Source: an uncultured bacterium | GTDB taxonomy: Bacteria; Pseudomonadota; Alphaproteobacteria; Sphingomonadales; Sphingomonadaceae | Reading direction: 5' to 3' | NCBI GenBank assembly: GCA_942636505.2 | Contig: CALOGB020000012.1 | Span: 2,657 to 66,656 of the forward strand | Length of the DNA stretch: 64,000 nucleotides | In this document: positions 50,873 through 58,834 of the stretch, in pieces | Position numbering within the stretch: the stretch's first letter is position 1 | Layout: each line of letters opens with the position of its first letter | Notes under the pieces: model-generated | What the model saw: only the letters and a program-made list of their open reading frames with translations | Told to the model about the DNA's origin: nothing | The model's database searches: none | Translations under genes and position numbers: made by a program

Positions 50873-52197
50873 CCTTGCCGAAGGGTTGGGCGCTTGGGCG
50901 CGTAGATGAACTAGCTGGACCGAACGGACTTGTTAGTGACGGGGACTGGGTGGAATCAAAGGATCAAGAACCTGGTGGTGACGTCCGGCTCACCCAACTC
51001 GCGGACGTTGGGGAAGGAAGATTTCGAAACAAATCATTCCGCTTTATGACTAAATCAGCGGCCGACCGGCTTCGCTGCACATTCCTGAAGCCGGGCGACG
51101 TTTTGATCGCGCGTATGCCCGATCCAATTGGTCGTGCATGCATCTTCCCGGGGCTAGAGCAACCGGCGGTTACGGCGGTCGACGTTATGATCTGGCGGAC
51201 CGACGGCGGAGTCGCCGAAGCGGAGTGGTTTGTTCGTTGCGTTAATAGTCCCGAAGTTCGCATTTTGATGGCAGCAGGAGCAGGAGGAACAACACGTCAG
51301 CGGATCGCTGGGGGCCGTATAAAGGAACTGGTACTTCCGCTACCTCCCAAAAATGAACAGCGCCGCATCGTTGCAAAGCTGGACGCGCTAATGACCCGCA
51401 TTTCCCTTACCAGGAAGGAACTGGATCGTGTGCCGGGACTTGCCGAACGATTGCGGATCGCAATTTTAAGCCGAGCTTTTACTGGGAAAGCCCCGTCGAA
51501 GACCGTCCGAGAACTAGTTCAGTTTGTAACTAGCGGATCGAGAGGGTGGGCAAAATATTATTCGGATACGGGGCCAGCATTCATTCGTGTCGGGGACGTG
51601 CGCCGACGCGACATAGCACTCGACCTTAACGATATTCAGTCTGTTCAGCCGCCGAGGGGAGCCGAGGGGGCTCGAACCGGAGTTCGTGGAGGTGATGTTG
51701 TTATCACGATAACGGCTGACCTTGGTAGAGTTGGTGTCGTACCTGAAAGTTTGGGGCTAGGTTTCGTCAATCAACATGTCGCGCTAGCGCGGCCGCGTGA
51801 TGTTGGAATGGCGCCCTGGATAGGCTGGTACTTGTCCTCTGACGCGGGTCAGAAACAAATGCTTGCGAAGAACAGAGGTGTCACAAAGGCGGGACTCGGT
51901 TTGGACGACATCCGTGATGTCCTCATTCCAGTTCCAACGCCGGATGTACGAGCTGCCATGTTGAATGAGATCAACATGGCCTTCGCCCGCGCCGACCGTC
52001 TCGAAGCCGAAGCCGCCCGCGCCCGCGCCCTCCTCGACCGGCTCGAGTCCGCGATCCTCGCTAAGGCGTTCCGCGGCGAATTGGTGCCGCAGGATCCAAA
52101 CGACGAGCCCGCCAGCGTCCTGCTCGACCGCATCCGGGCCGAACGTGCGGCCTCGCCGAAACCGAAACGCGGGCGTCGCGCGGCGGCAGACGCCTGA
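50869..52197 (+). CDS. hsdS: type I R-M specificity subunit (two target-recognition domains)
   Basis: Two TRDs are separated by a conserved helix (EQRRIVAKLDAL). The C-terminal conserved helix is LDRLESAILAKAFRGELVPQDPNDEPA. ATGA overlap with hsdM. Confidence 0.9.
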   Translation: MTLPKGWALGRVDELAGPNGLVSDGDWVESKDQEPGGDVRLTQLADVGEGRFRNKSFRFMTKSAADRLRCTFLKPGDVLIARMPDPIGRACIFPGLEQPAVTAVDVMIWRTDGGVAEAEWFVRCVNSPEVRILMAAGAGGTTRQRIAGGRIKELVLPLPPKNEQRRIVAKLDALMTRISLTRKELDRVPGLAERLRIAILSRAFTGKAPSKTVRELVQFVTSGSRGWAKYYSDTGPAFIRVGDVRRRDIALDLNDIQSVQPPRGAEGARTGVRGGDVVITITADLGRVGVVPESLGLGFVNQHVALARPRDVGMAPWIGWYLSSDAGQKQMLAKNRGVTKAGLGLDDIRDVLIPVPTPDVRAAMLNEINMAFARADRLEAEAARARALLDRLESAILAKAFRGELVPQDPNDEPASVLLDRIRAERAASPKPKRGRRAAADA

Positions 52198-52289
52198 CGA
52201 TGCCGATCCGCCACATCATTTGAAGGGTCGGCAGCGCGCCCGCGCCACTCGGCGAGTCTTCGCTGCCGAGCGAGGCTCTGCTTGAACAG

Positions 52290-52778
52290 ATGATCGTCGG
52301 CGCGCCGCAGATCCTCTCCGACGAATGGATGATCATCGGCCGTCAGGAGGATACCGGCTTCGGCGGCCGGATCGATCGGCTCGCGATCGCCCCCGACGGC
52401 GGTCTGGTCCTGATCGAACTGAAACGCGGGCGCACACCGCGCGACGTCGTGGCGCAGGCGATCGACTATCCCACCTGGACTGACGCGCTCGATGCGGAGG
52501 CGATCGGCCGCGTTTATGCGCGCTTCTCGAACGGCGGCAATCTCGCCGCGGATTTCCGCGCGCGGTTCAGCCTGCTGCTCGACGAGGCGACGCTCAACCA
52601 GAGCCTGCAAATCGTGATCGTCGCGGCCAGCCTTGATGCCAGTTCGGAGCGAATCGTCGGCCGTCTCGCCAAACGCGGGATCGCGATCAACGTGCTGTGC
52701 TTTCAGGTGTTCGACACCGACGCTGGCCAACTCCTAGGTGTTTCATCCCACGGTTTGATGGTGCGATCCTTTCGTTGA
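52290..52778 (+). CDS. NucS/RecB-like PD-(D/E)xK nuclease-domain protein, 3' end replaced by IS sequence
   Basis: GGRIDRLAIAPDGGLVLIELKRGRTPRDVVAQAIDY carries the D...E-x-K core. The last 14 codons and the stop lie inside the IS left end. Confidence 0.55.
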   Translation: MIVGAPQILSDEWMIIGRQEDTGFGGRIDRLAIAPDGGLVLIELKRGRTPRDVVAQAIDYPTWTDALDAEAIGRVYARFSNGGNLAADFRARFSLLLDEATLNQSLQIVIVAASLDASSERIVGRLAKRGIAINVLCFQVFDTDAGQLLGVSSHGLMVRSFR

Positions 52779-53753
52779 AATAGAAGGAAGCAGTATGGGA
52801 CAGGTACGTCACGGGAGCGCCACGACCACGCACGCCGTCAGAGCAACAATACAGCGATCGCGAGCTTCGCTCTCGATGCTGAGCCGGGAGCTCGGGATCA
52901 ACCCGAAGACGTTGGCGAAGTGGCGTAAACGAGCGACGGTTGAGGATTTGAAGACCGGGCCGAAGGCCCCTCACTCCACGACCTTGATCCACGCGGAGGA
53001 GGCAGCGGTCATCGCATTCCGGCCTCACACATTACTGCCGCTCGACGATTGCCTCTACGCGTTGCAGCCCTCGATCCCGCAGCTGACACGCTCAGCGCTG
53101 CACCGCTGCCTCCAGCGTTCTGGCATATCCCGTCTGCCGGACATCGAGGGGGACAAGCCGAATCGACAGCGCTTCAAGCGCTACCCGATCGGTTTCTTTC
53201 ACATAGACATCGCCGAGGTTCAGACTGCCGAAGGCAAGCTCTACCTGTTCGTCGGCATCGACCGCACGGGCAAGTTCGCGGCCACCCAGCTCGTCGACAA
53301 GGCAGACAGGCGAACGGCTTGGGAGTTCCTTGAACACTCGCTGAAAGCCGTGCCCTACCGCATTCACACGATCCTGACCGACAACGGCATCCAGTTCGCC
53401 GAGCAACCGCGCAACCGCAACACTGCCTGGTCGCGCCAAATGCGCTTCGACATGATCTGCGAGGCCAATGACATTGAGCACCGGCTTACCAAGCCGAACC
53501 ATCTTTGGACCAACGGTCAGGTCGAGCGGATGAACCGCACGATTAAGGAAGCGACCGTCAAACGCTTTCACTACGAGAGCCACGAGCAGTTGCGGGTTCA
53601 CCTCGCCGACTTCATGGCGGCCTACAATTTCGCCCGGCGGCTCAAAACGCTCAACGGCCTCACGCCTTACGAATACATCGCCAAAATCTGGACGTCAGAG
53701 CCGGATAGGTTCATCGTCGATACGATTTGACAGATGCCGGGACAAAACACCTA
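52735..53753 (+). mobile_element. IS481-family insertion sequence (ends approximate, +/-3 nt)
   Basis: Imperfect terminal inverted repeats TAGGTGTTTCATCCC (left) and GGGACAAAACACCTA (right) flank a DDE transposase. No target-site duplication was visible by eye. Confidence 0.8.
52795..53730 (+). CDS. IS481 family DDE transposase
   Basis: N-terminal HTH (LSRELGINPKTLAKWRKR). Catalytic pattern FFHIDI...ILTDNGIQF...WTNGQVERMN. Confidence 0.92.
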   Translation: MGQVRHGSATTTHAVRATIQRSRASLSMLSRELGINPKTLAKWRKRATVEDLKTGPKAPHSTTLIHAEEAAVIAFRPHTLLPLDDCLYALQPSIPQLTRSALHRCLQRSGISRLPDIEGDKPNRQRFKRYPIGFFHIDIAEVQTAEGKLYLFVGIDRTGKFAATQLVDKADRRTAWEFLEHSLKAVPYRIHTILTDNGIQFAEQPRNRNTAWSRQMRFDMICEANDIEHRLTKPNHLWTNGQVERMNRTIKEATVKRFHYESHEQLRVHLADFMAAYNFARRLKTLNGLTPYEYIAKIWTSEPDRFIVDTI

Positions 53754-54524
53754 ACTACGTTGTCGGAAGCGATCAATAACAAGGGCCTCAATCTGCGTTG
53801 CCTGGAGTCTTAGACTTGAGTTCCCGGCTCGGCGATATACGATCTCATCGCCATCTCTGCCTTTCTTGCAAACGGTTATCCTGTCGCGTCGTGGCTCGAT
53901 GGCCATTACACAGTAAGTCCCATTTTCCCATTCGACGACATGAGTGCGGAGGTAGCCGAGTGCCAGCCTATAATCAGGCAAGTTTGACTCCAGGGCATTG
54001 CCCAAGCGCAACATCCAGCCATCGTGGCTACTATTGCCCGCAATGTATGGATATTCGTTTTGGATCCCAAAAGCGGTGCCGTCATCGCAAAGTCCAATGA
54101 CTAAAGTCCCTCCATCAGCATTCATGAACGCAACGACCGTCTTAATGACCTCCTGAACGATTTGCTCATCAAACAAAACGTCAGCAGGAGTGTTCGGCTG
54201 AGCGATCAAGCGTCGTGTATTCAGACCCAGCGTTTGTTTGTATTCGACTAAGTGCCCCTCGCCAAGGCGGACAGCCTCGTCGAAAAGTCGTCGGCCATCG
54301 TCTGCACTAAATGCACTTCGAAAGGTCCGTGCGGTTTCCAATTCGCCTTCGTCAAGCGGGGGGTTGCACGTCAGATTCGTTTGGTGACAAATATCTTTGA
54401 TGCGACCAACCGCTGCAAGGGCGCCTAGGCCACCGAACTCAGGAAGAGAACGAAAGTCGTTAATCGAGCATTCGACAAGACCTTTTGATGCCGTTGCAAC
54501 GAAATCGAGGAGAGTCCGCAGCAC
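53751..54524 (-). CDS. AlbA_2 / Schlafen-type putative DNA-binding domain protein with uncharacterised N-terminal ~110 aa
   Basis: EGHLVEYKQTL...VIKTVVAFMNADGGTLVIGLCDDGTAFGI...VYRRAGNSS. The GTG start is 1 nt after the upstream gene's stop. Its stop codon coincides with the IS right end. Confidence 0.6.
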   Translation of the reverse strand: MLRTLLDFVATASKGLVECSINDFRSLPEFGGLGALAAVGRIKDICHQTNLTCNPPLDEGELETARTFRSAFSADDGRRLFDEAVRLGEGHLVEYKQTLGLNTRRLIAQPNTPADVLFDEQIVQEVIKTVVAFMNADGGTLVIGLCDDGTAFGIQNEYPYIAGNSSHDGWMLRLGNALESNLPDYRLALGYLRTHVVEWENGTYCVMAIEPRRDRITVCKKGRDGDEIVYRRAGNSSLRLQATQIEALVIDRFRQRS

Positions 54525-54525
54525 C

Positions 54526-56460
54526 TTACGCTACCAGCCGACAGCGCCCCAGAAGATCATCCGCCATTAAGGCGGCTCGTCCCTCCCAAAATCCCAGAAG
54601 CTGCGGGGGATCAGAGATCAAGTCATCGTAGCATGAGCGGTCTATAAAGACTTTGGAAAAGAAATCTGATCCACTCTCAAAGGTTATCAAATGCTCGGCA
54701 AGAAACGTTGCAGGTAGCTTCGCTTTCCACAAGTTATTAGTCGATCGAGATAAAGGCATAAGATTGGCAATACAATTCACGTAATCTCGTCCGGCTATAT
54801 CTTTCACAAGAATACCACGCTTATCACCCGATGCGTTGTCCGCACACCACCCCTTTGGAACAATGTGATGTAGTTCCGAACCTCCTGCAGAGTTGATCCC
54901 GATCTCGACACCATCAATATCACGCGACGTTGATGCGAGCATTGGGAGTAGCACGGCTGCCTGCTTAGCTCCACCAGGCCGTCCATTCGTTAAAATGTCA
55001 ACGAGGGCTTCCTTTTCGGGCAATGCCGTTTTGAAGAGCTCGCCAAATACGCTGTCGCAATACGCCAACCAACGCGACTTCGAGTCGTAATCGACCCGAC
55101 GACGGAGGAGGGCTTTCATCGCGCCTAAATCTTTCGGAAGCTGAGTCAAGAAGCCCTGATCGTATCGGCTTGTAAGCGCGTTACGCCAGAAAAACGCTTT
55201 ATATAGAGAATTAAGATCTCCTATCTCCCATCCTAAATGGAAGCTTGGTGGATCAAACTCCTTATGCCATCGCAGCGCGGCGTATATGGTAGCTGTGACT
55301 GGATAGGGGCACTTATCGTATCCAAACGTGCCATCAGCAACCACATGTTGGAAGTCGCCGAGGAAACGAGCAAGAAGAACATCATTGGCCACTACATGTT
55401 GCCAGTGCTCCGCAGGCGTCGCGAGCAGGTCCGGTGACTTAATTGAATCAATTGTGGTGATGCGCTTGGCGCCACTTACCTGGCGTGGTTCAGGCTTATC
55501 AGGACGATCAAGAGCAACATAGGTCGCAGTGACGAGTTGTGCGGTGAGCTCTGGCCGACGTTCTGGCACGGCCCAGCCGACGGCACCGTCGATTTGTCCA
55601 AGATCGCGAATCCAATCTCTGATTTGTATCGGACCGTCAGCTGCTCCCTCCGTTTCCCGGTAAATCCAAGCATTGATCAAATCCACTGTTGATACCTTCA
55701 TGCCACTGAGGTTGAGGGTCTCAAAAATGTCGCAGATTTTTCCCAGATCATAAGTTTCCGGCACGATGCACGCTGCAAGTCGGGTCTCAGAAATTCCATC
55801 AAAGGCACTTTGAACAATCGAATCGCGTCGGTTCAGCTCCTCCGCATCAGGCAAAACGCCGCCAGGATAGTTTGCTGGGTTCTTGATTTCCTGTGCATAG
55901 CGATACCACTGACGAAGAACCGTCTCGCCGGGTATGTCACTTGCCAAGGGGAACAGGCCTTGACCGATGCACGCTGCGCTGGTTGTCAATCCGGCCCGAT
56001 CAAGATCTATAGTTTTTCGAAATATCACCCGTTCTAACGGATCCGGCTGGGCAGCGTTCAGAAAATACTTCCCAGCATATTTATTTGCTCGGTAATCGGG
56101 AGTGAAGCCAGCGAACGCCATTGCAATAGCCGTGCAACGTTGGCGACCGTCCAAAATTGCGTAAATCTTTGTAGCGTTTTCATCGTCGCCAAAGAAGCGG
56201 GTAACCGGCGACTTGGTCGACGCATTGTAATCTTGGAGAGACAGGCGCTCAAGATCGAGCGGATTCTTATCCGATTGGGCCCACAATGTGATCATGCCTA
56301 TCGGGTAGGCATCAATGATCGATGTCGCCAGGGACGCCACTGCAGAGGTGTCCCATACGAACTCTCGCTGGAATTTTGGAACCTGCCAGACTGCTGTCCT
56401 CAGCGAGTCAATCATCTGCGAAATTGTATGTTCACTGATTCGTATTCCGCTCACTGTCAC
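54526..56460 (-). CDS. DUF262 (ParB-like NTPase) + DUF1524 (His-Me/HNH) protein, GmrSD/SspE/BrxU-like type IV restriction candidate
   Basis: N-terminus WQVPKFQREFVWD...YPIGMITLW...ILDGRQRCTAI. C-terminus GSELHHIVPKGW...NCIANLMPLSRSTNN. Confidence 0.75.
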   Translation of the reverse strand: MTVSGIRISEHTISQMIDSLRTAVWQVPKFQREFVWDTSAVASLATSIIDAYPIGMITLWAQSDKNPLDLERLSLQDYNASTKSPVTRFFGDDENATKIYAILDGRQRCTAIAMAFAGFTPDYRANKYAGKYFLNAAQPDPLERVIFRKTIDLDRAGLTTSAACIGQGLFPLASDIPGETVLRQWYRYAQEIKNPANYPGGVLPDAEELNRRDSIVQSAFDGISETRLAACIVPETYDLGKICDIFETLNLSGMKVSTVDLINAWIYRETEGAADGPIQIRDWIRDLGQIDGAVGWAVPERRPELTAQLVTATYVALDRPDKPEPRQVSGAKRITTIDSIKSPDLLATPAEHWQHVVANDVLLARFLGDFQHVVADGTFGYDKCPYPVTATIYAALRWHKEFDPPSFHLGWEIGDLNSLYKAFFWRNALTSRYDQGFLTQLPKDLGAMKALLRRRVDYDSKSRWLAYCDSVFGELFKTALPEKEALVDILTNGRPGGAKQAAVLLPMLASTSRDIDGVEIGINSAGGSELHHIVPKGWCADNASGDKRGILVKDIAGRDYVNCIANLMPLSRSTNNLWKAKLPATFLAEHLITFESGSDFFSKVFIDRSCYDDLISDPPQLLGFWEGRAALMADDLLGRCRLVA

Positions 56461-57253
56461 CCCCGACGATACTATCGGCCGATGCTACATAAAGGTCGGT
56501 GAGTGGCCAACCCTTGGCGCAACTTTCGCTACAGCATAGGTAACAAAACTCGCTACAGGGGTGCTGTAAGAAAACCTTCAAACTCAATGGCCTGACGGAG
56601 ATTGGTCAGGGAGACAGGATGCTAGCCGTCTATTTTGACGGTCAACCAACGGAATGCGGAATGGCGATGCCGGTTGGCGTATCAGAACCGTGACCTTGGC
56701 CCGGCGCATCATGTCGACGCCGTTCGCGCTGTAGCCCCTGTAGGTGTGAAGCCGCCATCACACCCGCCAATTTGTGGCCGATCGGTTCATGGCATGGCTG
56801 CACGTTCGATCATGCCGGTTCGGTATACCGAGTAGAACGAAACGTTATTGTCTTGTGGAAGCGATTGCTTTCCTGCTTCGGTTAGGCAGACCAGGTCAAT
56901 CGCACCATGCCGGACCTCGACTTGTTCTGGCAGAAGAAAGCCAGCGCAACTGACCCCGGCCGTTGCCGCCATCGGCTGAGACGTCCGCTGAGATCGTCGA
57001 TAGCCTAGAGACTCGTGGGAAAATCCGATCGGGGCGGCAAAACACGGTTAATCTTTGGTATCGCGCTGGTATCGCGAATTACTCGTTCTTGCCTACATTA
57101 CCGTCTCGATCGACGAGGGATCCACGGTATTCTGCGGTTTTCTGTTGCTCACCGCACATTTGTAATGCGGGGTAAGGTGATCGATTACCCAAGGGCCCAG
57201 CCCGGGGTCATGTTGGATGATTGGCTTGTGGGTGTAGTTGCGCTCGTCGTCTA

Positions 57254-58834
57254 CTAACGTGCCAACGGAAGACGGATAACAAAGGTAGTTATCTCGCCAT
57301 CCATTATACTTAGACTGCCCTTTTGAACTTCAATCAGAGAACGGGATATTGCGAGTCCGAGGCCGGTCCCACCGGTATCTCGCTTTGTTGTGAAGAATGG
57401 CTCGAACAGCCGGCCTCGATCGGCGAGTGGAACGCCGGGCCCGTCGTCATTCACGCGAACTTCCAATTGAGTATCCATGGTCGACAACTGGATCGTCACG
57501 GATTGGGCCCCAGCCTGCCTACTGTTTTCCAGAAGCGTCGCGAGTACGGCTTCCAGAGTCGGTGCTGGTACAGTTACAATTGGCAGGACGATTAAGCCCA
57601 CGATTTCGATAGAGAAACCAGCCGTTCGCGAAACATCTGCAACCCGCGTCACTACGTCGGCGGCGTCGGTTCTTTCTTCACCCGGCTCAGCCATGTCGGC
57701 GCGCGCGAGATCGAGCAAGCGCGTGACCAGCAACGTGAGACGGCGCGCGTCCGCATCGGCGTTGGCGAGAAAGCGACGTCGGTCTTCCGCTGCCATGTCC
57801 GGGTGATCCTGAAGCAATTCCACCGCGCCGCGGATGCCAGCGAGCGGGGTCTTGAACTCGTGGCTGACCGCGTGGGCGAAGTCGCGCAGATAGCGCGAGC
57901 GACGCTCGATTGCCGCCGCCATCACCGCGAAATCGGCGTAGAGGCCCTGAATCTCGATCGCCGCGGTCGGTGGCGGATCGGGGACACGACCGCGGCCGCT
58001 TGCAACTGCGCGCGTCTCCGCGCCGAGTTGCTCGATAGGGCGCGTGACGCCTCGGGAGATGACGCCGCTGAGCACCACGAGCAGTCCGAAGATCGCAGCG
58101 ATCCCCAGCGCTATCTTGCCGCGGTCTTCATACAATCCCCTGAACAGCGCACGGGCGGAACGCGACAGCAGGAGCACGCCAACCACACGGTTGCCGACGA
58201 TGATCGGGCGCGCGTAGTGGACGCGGATCGCTGCGGCTCGGGACAGCCATTCGAAGCGGTAGGTCGCGCGGTATGCGCCGTTGCGGCGGAGGAAGGTCGA
58301 GGCGCTGCCGGCCAGTGCAGCGGCAACTTCGGGGAGAGCGGCGTAGCTGCCAACGGCCGAACTCCCGCCGACGATGCTGCCGTTGCGGTCGAGGAGGATG
58401 ATCGAGGCCAGCGTGGTGGACCGCGTTGCGTCCATGATCGGCGAAAGCCGCGCGGCGGCCGCCAACGCATCGGGCGACGGTTTCGCGCCGGCCGCGACCG
58501 GTGGTCGTTCCGCACGGATAGGCGTCGTGCTGAGGTCGATACCGGAAGATGGCGCATCCAGGCTGTAGGGATGGTTCCCGGCTGAAACATCGTGATGCGC
58601 AACCCGACCCGGCGGGGCGGCAGGCCAGAGCGCCGCCGCCGTCGCGGACAGCGCTGCACCCTGCGCGACCAGTTCCGCCTCGGTCTGCCGAACGAGCGTG
58701 TTCTCATAGACGCGCAGGAACACCGCGCCGAAACCCGGGAGCGCGGCGACCAGGAACAATGTCGCAAATAGGATCGTCCGCAAGCGCATCCGCGGCCAGT
58801 GGCGTTTTGCCCAGTCCTTGATCCCGCCGATCAC
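57254..58834 (-). CDS. two-component sensor histidine kinase
   Basis: Two TM segments. H-box HAVSHEFKTPLAGIRG, N-box LLENSRQAG, G1 DDGPGV and G2 GGTGLGLAIS. GTGA overlap with the response regulator stop. Confidence 0.88.
   Translation of the reverse strand: MIGGIKDWAKRHWPRMRLRTILFATLFLVAALPGFGAVFLRVYENTLVRQTEAELVAQGAALSATAAALWPAAPPGRVAHHDVSAGNHPYSLDAPSSGIDLSTTPIRAERPPVAAGAKPSPDALAAAARLSPIMDATRSTTLASIILLDRNGSIVGGSSAVGSYAALPEVAAALAGSASTFLRRNGAYRATYRFEWLSRAAAIRVHYARPIIVGNRVVGVLLLSRSARALFRGLYEDRGKIALGIAAIFGLLVVLSGVISRGVTRPIEQLGAETRAVASGRGRVPDPPPTAAIEIQGLYADFAVMAAAIERRSRYLRDFAHAVSHEFKTPLAGIRGAVELLQDHPDMAAEDRRRFLANADADARRLTLLVTRLLDLARADMAEPGEERTDAADVVTRVADVSRTAGFSIEIVGLIVLPIVTVPAPTLEAVLATLLENSRQAGAQSVTIQLSTMDTQLEVRVNDDGPGVPLADRGRLFEPFFTTKRDTGGTGLGLAISRSLIEVQKGSLSIMDGEITTFVIRLPLAR

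Larger units (their letters stand above)
29499..57650. mobile_element. tRNA-Ala-associated mosaic genomic island / defence island (boundaries approximate; probably several nested acquisitions)
   Basis: An integrase sits next to the tRNA 3' end. High-GC and low-GC blocks alternate. The region carries a toxin-antitoxin, an R-M system, an IS and nucleases. No attR repeat was found by eye. Confidence 0.5.
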
